This document shows positions 30,001-45,000 of a stretch of 64,000 nt of DNA, piece by piece. Position numbers and translations under genes: made by a program. Position 1 is the stretch's first letter, and each line of letters begins with the position of its first letter. The stretch is from Eledone cirrhosa (taxonomy: Eukaryota): contig OZ024754.1 in assembly GCA_964016885.1 (NCBI GenBank), positions 20,274,001 through 20,338,000 on the forward strand, in the 5' to 3' direction. The notes beneath the pieces were generated by a model. It was not told the DNA's origin, made no database searches, and worked only from the letters and a program-made list of their open reading frames with translations.

Positions 30001-33000
30001 TCAACACAATCTCAGATCAAGTCACTTGCCAGACATGTACAACTGTGGCTAAAATCGCTCTTCCATGATATAGTTACTTTAGTTTCAACACAATCTCAGA
30101 TCAAGTCACTTGCCAGACATGTACAACTGTGGCTAAAATGACTCTTCCATGATATAGTTACTTTAGTTTCAACACTGTCTTAGATCAAGTCACTTGCCAG
30201 ACTGTGGCTAAAATGACTCTTCCATGATATAGTTACTTTAGTTTCAAAACAGTCTCAGATCAAGTCACTTGCCAGACATGTACAACTGTGGCTAAAATGA
30301 CTCTTCCATGATATAGTTACTTTAGTTTCAACACAGTCTCAGATCAAGTCACTTGCCAGACATGTACAACTGTGGCTAAAATGACTCTTCCATGATATAG
30401 TTACTTTAGTTTCAACACAGTCTCAGATCAAATCACTTGCCAGACATGTACAACTGTGGCTAAAATGACTCTTCCCTGATATCGTTACTTTAGTTTCAAC
30501 ACAGTCTGAGATCAAGTCACTTGCCAGACATGTACAACTGTGGCTAAAATGACTCTTCCATGATATAGTTACTTTAGTTTCAACACAGTCACAGATCAAG
30601 TCACTTGCCAGACATGTACAACTGAGGCTAAAATGACTCTTCCATGATATAGTTACTTTAGTTTCAACACAATCTCAGATGAAGTCACTTGCCAGACATG
30701 TACAACTGTGGCTAAAATGACTCTTCCATGATATAGTTACTTTAGTTTCAACACAGTCACAGATCAAGTCACTTGCCAGACATGTACAACTGTGGCTAAA
30801 ATGACTCTTCCGTGATATAGTTTCTTTAGTTTCAACACAGTCTCAGATCAAGTCACTTGTCATACATGTACAACTGTGGCTAAAATGACTCTTCCATGAT
30901 ATAGTTACTTTAGTTTCAACACAGTCACAGATCAAGTCACTTGCCAGTCATGTACAACTATGGCTAAAATGACTCTTCCATGATATAGTTACTTTAGTTT
31001 CAACACAATCTCAGATCAAGTCACTTGCCAGACATGTACAACTGTGGCTAAAGTGACTCTTCCATGATATAGTTACTTTAGTTTCAACACAGTCACAGAT
31101 CAAGTCACTTGCCAGACATGTACAACTGTGGCTAAAATGACTCTTCCATGATATAGTTACTTTAGTTTCAACACAGTCACAGATCAAGTCACTTGCCAGA
31201 CATGTACAACTGTGGCTAAAATGACTCTTCCATGATATAGTACTTTAGTTTCAACACAGTTTCAGATCAGGTCACTTGCCAAACATGAACAACTGTGGCT
31301 AAAATGACTCTTCCATGATATAGTTACTTTAGTTTCAACACAGTCTCAGATCAGGTCACTTGCCAAACATGAATAACTGTGGCTAAAATGACTCTTCCAT
31401 GATATAGTTACTTTAGTTTCAACACTGTCTTAGATCTAGTCACTTGCCAGACTGTGGCTAAAATGACTCTTCCATGATATAGTTACTTTAGTTTCAAAAC
31501 AGTCTCAGATCAAGTCACTTGCCAGACATGTACATCTGTGGCTAAAATGACTCTTCCATGATATAGTTACTTTAGCTTCAACACAGTCTCAGATCAAGTC
31601 ACTTACCAGACATGTACAACTGTGGCTAAAATGACTCTTCCATGATATAGTTACTATAGTTTCAACACACTCTCAGATCAAGTCACTTGCCAGACATGTA
31701 CAACTGTGGCTAAAATGACTCTTCCATGATATAGTTACTTTAGTTTCAACACAGTCACAGATCAAGTCACTTGCCAGACATGTACAACTGTGGCTAAAAT
31801 GACTCTTCCATGATATAGTTACTTTAGTTTCAACACAATCTCAGATCAAGTCACTTGCCAGACATGTACAACTGTGGCTAAAATGACTCTTCCATGATAT
31901 AGTTACTTTAGTTTCAACACAGTCACAGATGAAGTCACTTGCCAGACATGTACAACTGAGGCTAAAATGACTCTTCCATGATATAGTTACTTTAGTTTCA
32001 ACACAATCTCAGATCAAGTCACTTACCAGACATGTACAACAGTGGCTAAAATGACTCTTCCATGATATAGTTACTTTAGTTTCAACACAGTTTCAGATCA
32101 AGTCACTTGCCAGATATGTACAACTGTGGCTAAAATGACTCTTCCATGATATAGTTACTTTAGTTTCAACACAGTCACAGATCAGGTCACTTGCCAGACA
32201 TGTACAACTGTGGCTAAAATGACTCTTCCATGATATAGTTACTTTAGTTTCAACACAGTCACAGATCAAGTCACTTGCCAGACATGTACAACTGTGGCTA
32301 AAATGACTCTTCCATGATATAGTTACTTTAGTTTCAACACAATCTCAGATCAAGTCACTTGCCAGACATGTACAACTGTGGCTAAAATGACGCTTCCATG
32401 ATATAGTTACTTTAGTTTCAACACAATCTCAGATCAAGTCACTTGCCAGACATGTACAACTGTGGCTAAAATCGCTCTTCCATGATATAGTTACTTTAGT
32501 TTCAACACAATCTCAGATCAAGTCACTTGCCAGACATGTACAACTGTGGCTAAAATGACTCTTCCATGATATAGTTACTTTAGTTTCAACACTGTCTTAG
32601 ATCAAGTCACTTGCCAGACTGTGGCTAAAATGACTCTTCCATGATATAGTTACTTTAGTTTCAAAACAGTCTCAGATCAAGTCACTTGCCAGACATGTAC
32701 AACTGTGGCTAAAATGACTCTTCCATGATATAGTTACTTTAGTTTCAACACAGTCTCAGATCAAGTCACTTGCCAGACATGTACAACTGTGGCTAAAATG
32801 ACTCTTCCATGATATAGTTACTTTAGTTTCAACACAGTCTCAGATCAAATCACTTGCCAGACATGTACAACTGTGGCTAAAATGACTCTTCCCTGATATC
32901 GTTACTTTAGTTTCAACACAGTCTGAGATCAAGTCACTTGCCAGACATGTACAACTGTGGCTAAAATGACTCTTCCATGATATAGTTACTTTAGTTTCAA

Positions 33001-36000
33001 CACAGTCACAGATCAAGTCACTTGCCAGACATGTACAACTGAGGCTAAAATGACTCTTCCATGATATAGTTACTTTAGTTTCAACACAATCTCAGATGAA
33101 GTCACTTGCCAGACATGTACAACTGTGGCTAAAATGACTCTTCCATGATATAGTTACTTTAGTTTCAACACAGTCACAGATCAAGTCACTTGCCAGACAT
33201 GTACAACTGTGGCTAAAATGACTCTTCCGTGATATAGTTTCTTTAGTTTCAACACAGTCTCAGATCAAGTCACTTGTCATACATGTACAACTGTGGCTAA
33301 AATGACTCTTCCATGATATAGTTACTTTAGTTTCAACACAGTCACAGATCAAGTCACTTGCCAGTCATGTACAACTATGGCTAAAATGACTCTTCCATGA
33401 TATAGTTACTTTAGTTTCAACACAATCTCAGATCAAGTCACTTGCCAGACATGTACAACTGTGGCTAAAGTGACTCTTCCATGATATAGTTACTTTAGTT
33501 TCAACACAGTCACAGATCAAGTCACTTGCCAGACATGTACAACTGTGGCTAAAATGACTCTTCCATGATATAGTTACTTTAGTTTCAACACAGTCACAGA
33601 TCAAGTCACTTGCCAGACATGTACAACTGTGGCTAAAATGACTCTTCCATGATATAGTACTTTAGTTTCAACACAGTTTCAGATCAGGTCACTTGCCAAA
33701 CATGAACAACTGTGGCTAAAATGACTCTTCCATGATATAGTTACTTTAGTTTCAACACAGTCTCAGATCAGGTCACTTGCCAAACATGAATAACTGTGGC
33801 TAAAATGACTCTTCCATGATATAGTTACTTTAGTTTCAACACTGTCTTAGATCTAGTCACTTGCCAGACTGTGGCTAAAATGACTCTTCCATGATATAGT
33901 TACTTTAGTTTCAAAACAGTCTCAGATCAAGTCACTTGCCAGACATGTACATCTGTGGCTAAAATGACTCTTCCATGATATAGTTACTTTAGCTTCAACA
34001 CAGTCTCAGATCAAGTCACTTACCAGACATGTACAACTGTGGCTAAAATGACTCTTCCATGATATAGTTACTATAGTTTCAACACACTCTCAGATCAAGT
34101 CACTTGCCAGACATGTACAACTGTGGCTAAAATGACTCTTCCATGATATAGTTACTTTAGTTTCAACACAGTCACAGATCAAGTCACTTGCCAGACAAGT
34201 ACAACTATGGCTAAAATGACTCTTCCATGATATAGTTACTTTAGTTTCAACACAATCTCAGATCAAGTCACTTGCCAGACATGTACAACTGTGGCTAAAA
34301 TGACTCTTCCATGATATAGTTACTTTAGTTTCAACACAGTCACAGATCAAGTCACTTGCCAGACATGTACAACTGTGGCTAAAATGACTCTTCTGTGATA
34401 TAGTTACTTTAGTTTCAACACAATCTCAGATCAAGTCACTTGTCATACATGTACAACTGTGGCTAAAATGACTCTTCCATGATATAGTTACTTTAGTTTC
34501 AACACAGTCACAGATCAAGTCACTTGCCAGACATGTACAACTATGGCTAAAATGACTCTTCCATGATATAGTTACTTTAGTTTCAACACAATCTCAGATC
34601 AAGTCACTTGCCAGACATGTACAACTGTGGCTAAAGTGACTCTTCCATGATATAGTTACTTTAGTTTCAACACAGTTACAGATCAAGTCACTTGCGAGAC
34701 ATGTACAACTGTGGCTAAAATGACTCTTCCATGATATAGTTACTTTAGTTTCAACACAATCTCAGATCAGGTCACTTGCCAGACATGTACAACTGTGGCT
34801 AAAATGACTCTTCCATGATATAGTTACTTTAGTTTCAACACAGTCACAGATCAAGTCACTTGCCAGACATGTACAACTGTGGCTAAAATGACTCTTCCAT
34901 GATATAGTTACTTTAGTTTCAACACAATCTCAGATCCAGTCACTTGCGAGACATGTACAACTGTGGCTAAAATGACTCTTCCATGATATAGTTACTTTAG
35001 TTCCAACACAGTCTTAGATCAAGTCACTTGCCAGACTGTGGCTAAAATGACTCTTCCATGATATAGTTACTTTAGTTTCAACACAGTCTCAGATCAAGTT
35101 ACTTGCCAGACATGTACAACTGTGGCTAAAATGACTCTTCCATGATATAGTTACTTTAGTTTCAACACAATCTCAGATCAAGTCACTTGCCAGACATGTA
35201 CAACTGTGGCTAAAATGACTCTTCCATGATATAGTTACTTTAGTTTCAACACAGTCTCAGATCAAGTCACTTGCCAGACATGTACAACTGTGGCTAAAAT
35301 GACTCTTCCATGATATAGTTACTTTAGTTTCAACACAATCTCAGATCAGGTCACTTGCCAGACATGTACAACTGTGGCTAAAATGACGCTTCCATGATAT
35401 AGTTACTTTAGTTTCAACACAATCTCAGATCAAGTCACTTGCCAGACATGTACAACTGTGGCTAAAATCGCTCTTCCATGATATAATTACTTTAGTTTCA
35501 ACACAATCTCAGATCAAGTCACTTGCCAGACATGTACAACTGTGGCTAAAATGACTCTTCCATGATATAGTTACTTTAGTTTCAACACTGTCTTAGATCA
35601 AGTCACTTGCCAGACTGTGGCTAAAATGACTCTTCCATGATATAGTTACTTTAGTTTCAAAACAGTCTCAGATCAAGTCACTTGCCAGACATGTACAACT
35701 GTGGCTAAAATGACTCTTCCATGATATAGTTACTTTAGTTTCAACACAGTCTCAGATCAAGTCACTTGCCAGACATGTACAACTGTGGCTAAAATGACTC
35801 TTCCATGATATAGTTACTTTAGTTTCAACACAGTCTCAGATCAAATCACTTGCCAGACATGTACAACTGTGGCTAAAATGACTCTTCCCTGATATCGTTA
35901 CTTTAGTTTCAACACAGTCTCAGATCAAGTCACTTGCCAGACATGTACAACTGTGGCTAAAATGACTCTTCCATGATATAGTTACTTTAGTTTCAACACA

Positions 36001-39000
36001 GTCACAGATCAAGTCACTTGCCAGACATGTACAACTGAGGCTAAAATGACTCTTCCATGATATAGTTACTTTAGTTTCAACACAATCTCAGATGAAGTCA
36101 CTTGCCAGACATGTACAACTGTGGCTAAAATGACTCTTCCATGATATAGTTACTTTAGTTTCAACACAGTCACAGATCAAGTCACTTGCCTGACATGTAC
36201 AACTGTGGCTAAAATGACTCTTCCGTGATATAGTTTCTTTAGTTTCAACACAGTCTCAGATCAAGTCACTTGTCATACATGTACAACTGTGGCTAAAATG
36301 ACTCTTCCGTGATATAGTTTCTTTAGTTTCAACACAGTCTCAGATCAAGTCACTTGCCAGACATGTACAACTGTGGCTAAAATGACTCTTCCATGATATA
36401 GTTACTTTAGTTTCAACACAGTCTCAGATCAAGTCACTTGTCATACATGTACAACTGTGGCTAAAATGACTCTTCCATGATATAGTTACTTTAGTTTCAA
36501 CACAGTCACAGATCAAGTCACTTGCCAGTCATGTACAACTATGGCTAAAATGACTCTTCCATGATATAGTTACTTTAGTTTCAACACAATCTCAGATCAA
36601 GTCACTTGCCAGACATGTACAACTGTGGCTAAAGTGACTCTTCCATGATATAGTTACTTTAGTTTCAACACAGTCACAGATCAAGTCACTTGCCAGACAT
36701 GTACAACTGTGGCTAAAATGACTCTTCCATGATATAGTTACTTTAGTTTCAACACAGTCTCAGATCAGGTCACTTGCCAAACATGAACAACTGTGGCTAA
36801 AATGACTCTTCCATGATATAGTTACTTTAGTTTCAACACTGTCTTAGATCTAGTCACTTGCCAGACTGTGGCTAAAATGACTCTTCCATGATATAGTTAC
36901 TTTAGTTTCAAAACAGTCTCAGATCAAGTCACTTGCCAGACATGTACATCTGTGGCTAAAATGACTCTTCCATGATATAGTTACTTTAGCTTCAACACAG
37001 TCTCAGATCAAGTCACTTACCAGACATGTACAACTGTGGCTAAAATGACTCTTCCATGATATAGTTACTATAGTTTCAACACACTCTCAGATCAAGTCAC
37101 TTGCCAGACATGTACAACTGTGGCTAAAATGACTCTTCCATGATATAGTTACTTTAGTTTCAACACAATCTCAGATCCAGTCACTTGCGAGACATGTACA
37201 ACTGTGGCTAAAATGACTCTTCCATGATATAGTTACTTTAGTTCCAACACAGTCTTAGATCAAGTCACTTGCCAGACTGTGGCTAAAATGACTCTTCCAT
37301 GATATAGTTACTTTAGTTTCAACACAGTCTCAGATCAAGTTACTTGCCAGACATGTACAACTGTGGCTAAAATGACTCTTCCATGATATAGTTACTTTAG
37401 TTTCAACACAATCTCAGATCAAGTCACTTGCCAGACATGTACAACTGTGGCTAAAATGACTCTTCCATGATATAGTTACTTTAGTTTCAACACAGTCTCA
37501 GATCAAGTCACTTGCCAGACATGTACAACTGTGGCTAAAATGACTCTTCCATGATATAGTTACTTTAGTTTCAACACAGTCTCAGATCAAGTCACTTGCC
37601 AGACATGTACAACTGTGGCTAAAATGACTCTTCCATGATATAGTTACTTTAGTTTCAACACAATCTCAGATCAGGTCACTTGCCAGACATGTACAACTGT
37701 GGCTAAAATGACGCTTCCATGATATAGTTACTTTAGTTTCAACACAATCTCATATCAAGTCACTTACCAGACATGTACAACAGTGGCTAAAATGACTCTT
37801 CCATGATATAGTTACTTTAGTTTCAACACTGTCACAGATCAAGTCGCTTGCCAGACATGTACAACTGTGGCTAAAATGACTCTTCTGTGATATAGTTACT
37901 TTAGTTTCAACACAGTCTCAGATCAAGTCACTTGTCATACATGTACAACTGTGTCTAAAATGACTCTTCCATGATATAGTTACTTTAGTTTCAACACAAT
38001 CTCAGATCAGGTCACTTGCCAGACATGTACAACTGTGGCTAAAATGACTCTTCCATGATATAGTTACTTTAGTTTCAACACAGTCACAGATAAAGTCACT
38101 TGCCAGACATGTACAACTGTGGCTAAAATGACTCTTCCATGATATAGTTACTTTAGTTTCAACACAATCTCAGATCAAGTCACTTGCCAGACATGTACAA
38201 CTGTGGCTAAAATGACTCTTCCATGATATAGTTACTTTAGTTTCAACACAGTCTCAGATCAAGTCACTTGCCAGACATGTACAACTGTGGCTAAAATGAC
38301 TCTTCCATGATATAGTTACTTTAGTTTCAACACAATCTCAGATCAGGTCACTTGCCAGACATGTACAACTGTGGCTAAAATGACGCTTCCATGATATAGT
38401 TACTTTAGTTTCAACACAATCTCAGATCAAGTCACTTACCAGACATGTACAACAGTGGGTAAAATGACTCTTCCATGATATAGTTACTTTAGTTTCAACA
38501 CTGTCTTAGATCTAGTCACTTGCCAGACTGTGGCTAAAATGACTCTTCCATGATATAGTTACTTTAGTTTCAAAACAGTCTCAGATCAAGTCACTTGCCA
38601 GACATGTACAACTGTGGCTAAAATGACTCTTCCATGATATAGTTACTTTAGTTCCAACACAGTCTTAGATCAAGTCACTTGCCAGACTGTGGCTAAAATG
38701 ACTCTTCCATGATATAGTTACTTTAGTTTCAACACAGTCTCAGATCAAGTTACTTGCCAGACATGTACAACTGTGGCTAAAATGACTCTTCCATGATATA
38801 GTTACTTTAGTTTCAACACAATCTCAGATCAAGTCACTTGCCAGACATGTACAACTGTGGCTAAAATGACTCTTCCATGATATAGTTACTTTAGTTTCAA
38901 CACAGTCTCAGATCAAGTCACTTGCCAGACATGTACAACTGTGGCTAAAATGACTCTTCCATGATATAGTTACTTTAGTTTCAACACAATCTCAGATCAG

Positions 39001-42000
39001 GTCACTTGCCAGACATGTACAACTGTGGCTAAAATGACGCTTCCATGATATAGTTACTTTAGTTTCAACACAATCTCAGATCAAGTCACTTGCCAGACAT
39101 GTACAACTGTGGCTAAAATCGCTCTTCCATGATATAATTACTTTAGTTTCAACACAATCTCAGATCAAGTCACTTGCCAGACATGTACAACTGTGGCTAA
39201 AATGACTCTTCCATGATATAGTTACTTTAGTTTCAACACTGTCTTAGATCAAGTCACTTGCCAGACTGTGGCTAAAATGACTCTTCCATGATATAGTTAC
39301 TTTAGTTTCAAAACAGTCTCAGATCAAGTCACTTGCCAGACATGTACAACTGTGGCTAAAATGACTCTTCCATGATATAGTTACTTTAGTTTCAACACAG
39401 TCTCAGATCAAGTCACTTGCCAGACATGTACAACTGTGGCTAAAATGACTCTTCCATGATATAGTTACTTTAGTTTCAACACAGTCTCAGATCAAATCAC
39501 TTGCCAGACATGTACAACTGTGGCTAAAATGACTCTTCCCTGATATCGTTACTTTAGTTTCAACACAGTCTCAGATCAAGTCACTTGCCAGACATGTACA
39601 ACTGTGGCTAAAATGACTCTTCCATGATATAGTTACTTTAGTTTCAACACAGTCACAGATCAAGTCACTTGCCAGACATGTACAACTGAGGCTAAAATGA
39701 CTCTTCCATGATATAGTTACTTTAGTTTCAACACAATCTCAGATGAAGTCACTTGCCAGACATGTACAACTGTGGCTAAAATGACTCTTCCATGATATAG
39801 TTACTTTAGTTTCAACACAGTCACAGATCAAGTCACTTGCCTGACATGTACAACTGTGGCTAAAATGACTCTTCCGTGATATAGTTTCTTTAGTTTCAAC
39901 ACAGTCTCAGATCAAGTCACTTGTCATACATGTACAACTGTGGCTAAAATGACTCTTCCGTGATATAGTTTCTTTAGTTTCAACACAGTCTCAGATCAAG
40001 TCACTTGCCAGACATGTACAACTGTGGCTAAAATGACTCTTCCATGATATAGTTACTTTAGTTTCAACACAGTCTCAGATCAAGTCACTTGTCATACATG
40101 TACAACTGTGGCTAAAATGACTCTTCCATGATATAGTTACTTTAGTTTCAACACAGTCACAGATCAAGTCACTTGCCAGTCATGTACAACTATGGCTAAA
40201 ATGACTCTTCCATGATATAGTTACTTTAGTTTCAACACAATCTCAGATCAAGTCACTTGCCAGACATGTACAACTGTGGCTAAAGTGACTCTTCCATGAT
40301 ATAGTTACTTTAGTTTCAACACAGTCACAGATCAAGTCACTTGCCAGACATGTACAACTGTGGCTAAAATGACTCTTCCATGATATAGTTACTTTAGTTT
40401 CAACACAGTCTCAGATCAGGTCACTTGCCAAACATGAACAACTGTGGCTAAAATGACTCTTCCATGATATAGTTACTTTAGTTTCAACACTGTCTTAGAT
40501 CTAGTCACTTGCCAGACTGTGGCTAAAATGACTCTTCCATGATATAGTTACTTTAGTTTCAAAACAGTCTCAGATCAAGTCACTTGCCAGACATGTACAT
40601 CTGTGGCTAAAATGACTCTTCCATGATATAGTTACTTTAGCTTCAACACAGTCTCAGATCAAGTCACTTACCAGACATGTACAACTGTGGCTAAAATGAC
40701 TCTTCCATGATATAGTTACTATAGTTTCAACACACTCTCAGATCAAGTCACTTGCCAGACATGTACAACTGTGGCTAAAATGACTCTTCCATGATATAGT
40801 TACTTTAGTTTCAACACAATCTCAGATCCAGTCACTTGCGAGACATGTACAACTGTGGCTAAAATGACTCTTCCATGATATAGTTACTTTAGTTCCAACA
40901 CAGTCTTAGATCAAGTCACTTGCCAGACTGTGGCTAAAATGACTCTTCCATGATATAGTTACTTTAGTTTCAACACAGTCTCAGATCAAGTTACTTGCCA
41001 GACATGTACAACTGTGGCTAAAATGACTCTTCCATGATATAGTTACTTTAGTTTCAACACAATCTCAGATCAAGTCACTTGCCAGACATGTACAACTGTG
41101 GCTAAAATGACTCTTCCATGATATAGTTACTTTAGTTTCAACACAGTCTCAGATCAAGTCACTTGCCAGACATGTACAACTGTGGCTAAAATGACTCTTC
41201 CATGATATAGTTACTTTAGTTTCAACACAGTCTCAGATCAAGTCACTTGCCAGACATGTACAACTGTGGCTAAAATGACTCTTCCATGATATAGTTACTT
41301 TAGTTTCAACACAATCTCAGATCAGGTCACTTGCCAGACATGTACAACTGTGGCTAAAATGACGCTTCCATGATATAGTTACTTTAGTTTCAACACAATC
41401 TCATATCAAGTCACTTACCAGACATGTACAACAGTGGCTAAAATGACTCTTCCATGATATAGTTACTTTAGTTTCAACACTGTCACAGATCAAGTCGCTT
41501 GCCAGACATGTACAACTGTGGCTAAAATGACTCTTCTGTGATATAGTTACTTTAGTTTCAACACAGTCTCAGATCAAGTCACTTGTCATACATGTACAAC
41601 TGTGTCTAAAATGACTCTTCCATGATATAGTTACTTTAGTTTCAACACAATCTCAGATCAGGTCACTTGCCAGACATGTACAACTGTGGCTAAAATGACT
41701 CTTCCATGATATAGTTACTTTAGTTTCAACACAGTCACAGATAAAGTCACTTGCCAGACATGTACAACTGTGGCTAAAATGACTCTTCCATGATATAGTT
41801 ACTTTAGTTTCAACACAATCTCAGATCAAGTCACTTGCCAGACATGTACAACTGTGGCTAAAATGACTCTTCCATGATATAGTTACTTTAGTTTCAACAC
41901 AGTCTCAGATCAAGTCACTTGCCAGACATGTACAACTGTGGCTAAAATGACTCTTCCATGATATAGTTACTTTAGTTTCAACACAATCTCAGATCAGGTC

Positions 42001-45000
42001 ACTTGCCAGACATGTACAACTGTGGCTAAAATGACGCTTCCATGATATAGTTACTTTAGTTTCAACACAATCTCAGATCAAGTCACTTACCAGACATGTA
42101 CAACAGTGGGTAAAATGACTCTTCCATGATATAGTTACTTTAGTTTCAACACTGTCTTAGATCTAGTCACTTGCCAGACTGTGGCTAAAATGACTCTTCC
42201 ATGATATAGTTACTTTAGTTTCAAAACAGTCTCAGATCAAGTCACTTGCCAGACATGTACATCTGTGGCTAAAATGACTCTTCCATGATATAGTTACTTT
42301 AGTTTCAACACAGTCTCAGATCAAGTCACTTGCCAGACATGTACAACTGTTGCTAAAATGACTCTTCCATGATATAGTTACTTTAGTTTCAACACAGTCT
42401 CAGATCAAGTCACTTGCCAGACATGTACAACTGTGGCTAAAATGACTCTTCCATGATATAGTTACTTTAGTTTCAACACAGTCACAGATGAAGTCACTTG
42501 CCAGACATGTACAACTGAGGCTAAAATGACTCTTCCATGATATAGTTACTTTAGTTTCAACACAATCTCAGATCAAGTCACTTACCAGACATGTACAACA
42601 GTGGCTAAAATGACTCTTCCATGATATAGTTACTTTAGTTTCAACACAGTTTCAGATCAAGTCACTTGCCAGACATGTACAACTGTGGCTAAAATGACTC
42701 TTCCATGATATAGTTACTTTAGTTTCAACACAGTCACAGATCAAGTCACTTGCCAGACATGTACAACTATGGCTAAAATGACTCTTCCATGATATAGTTA
42801 CTTTAGTTTCAACACAATCTCAGATCAAGTCACTTGCCAGACATATACAACTGTGGCTAAAATGACTCTTCCGTGATATAGTTACTTTAGTTTCAACACA
42901 GTCTCAGATCAAGTCACTTGTCATACATGTACAACTGTGGCTAAAATGACTCTTCCATGATATAGTTACTTTAGTTTCAACACAGTTTCAGATGAAGTCA
43001 CTTGCCAGACATGTACAACTGTGGCTAAAATGATTCTTCAATGATATAATTACTTTTGTTTCAACACAGTCACAGATCAAGTCACTTGCCAGACATGTAC
43101 AACTATGGCTAAAATGACTCTTCCATGATATAGTTACTTTAGTTTCAACACAGTCTCAGATCAGGTCACTTGCCAAACATGAACAACTGTGGCTAAAATG
43201 ACTCTTCCATGATATAGTTACTTTAGTTTCAACACAATCTCAGATCCAGTCACTTGCGAGACATGTACAACTGTGGCTAAAATGACTCTTCCATGATATA
43301 GTTACTTTAGTTTCAACACAGTCTTAGATCAAGTCACTTGCCAGACTGTGGCTAAAATGACTCTTCCATGATATAGTTACTTTAGTTTCAACACAGTCTC
43401 AGATCAAGTTACTTAACAGACATGTACAACTGTGGCTAAAATGACTCTTCCATGATATAGTTACTTTAGTTTCAACACAATCTCAGATCAAGTCACCTGC
43501 CAGACATGTACAACTGTGGTTAAAATGACTCTTCCATGATATAGTTACTTTAGTTTCAACACAGTCTCAGATCAAGTCACTTGCCAGACATGTACAACTG
43601 TGGCTAAAATGACTCTTCCATGATATAGTTACTTTAGTTTCAACACAGTCTCAGATCAAGTCACTTGCCAGACATGTACAACTGTGGCTAAAATGACTCT
43701 TCCATGATATAGTTACTTTAGTTTCAACACAATCTCAGATCCAGTCACTTGCCAGACATGTACAACTGTGGCTAAAATGACTCTTCCATGATATAGTTAC
43801 TTTAGTTTCAACACAGTCTCAGATCAAGTCACTTGCCAGACATGTACAACTGTGGCTAAAATGACTCTTCCATGATATAGTTACTTTAGTTTCAACACAG
43901 TCTCAGATCAAGTCACTTGCCAGACATGTACAACTGTGGCTAAAATGACTCTTCCATGATATAGTTACTTTAGTTTCAACACAATCTCAGATCAGGTCAC
44001 TTGCCAGACATGTACAACTGTGGCTAAAATGACTCTTCCATGATATAGTTACCTTAGTTTCAACACAATCTCAGATCAAGTCACTTGCCAGACATGTACA
44101 ACTGTGGCTAAAATGACTCTTCCATGATATAGTTACTTTAGTTTCAACACTGTCTTAGATCTAGTCACTTGCCAGACTGTGGCTAAAATGACTCTTCCAT
44201 GATATAGTTACTTTAGTTTCAAAACAGTCTCAGATCAAGTCACTTGCCAGACATGTACATCTGTGGCTAAAATGACTCTTCCATGATATAGTTACTTTAG
44301 TTTCAACACAGTCTCAGATCAAGTCACTTGCCAGACATGTACAACTGTTGCTAAAATGACTCTTCCATGATATAGTTACTTTAGTTTCAACACAGTCTCA
44401 GATCAAGTCACTTGCCAGACATGTACAACTGTGGCTAAAATGACTCTTCCATGATATAGTTACTTTAGTTTCAACACAGTCACAGATGAAGTCACTTGCC
44501 AGACATGTACAACTGAGGCTAAAATGACTCTTCCATGATATAGTTACTTTAGTTTCAACACAATCTCAGATCAAGTCACTTACCAGACATGTACAACAGT
44601 GGCTAAAATGACTCGTCCATGATATACTTAATTTAGTTTCAACACTGTCTTAGATCAAGTCACTTGCCAGACTGTGGCTAAAATGACTCTTCCATGATAT
44701 AGTTACTTTAGTTTCAACACAGTCACAGATCAAGTCACTTGCCAGACATGTACAACTATGGCTAAAATGACTCTTCCATGATATAGTTACTTTAGTTTCA
44801 ACACAATCTCAGATCAAGTCACTTGCCAGACATATACAACTGTGGCTAAAATGACTCTTCCGTGATATAGTTACTTTAGTTTCAACACAGTCTCAGATCA
44901 TGTCACTTGTCATACATGTACAACTGTGGCTAAAATGACTCTTCCATGATATAGTTACTTTAGTTTCAACACAGTTTCAGATGAAGTCACTTGCCAGACA

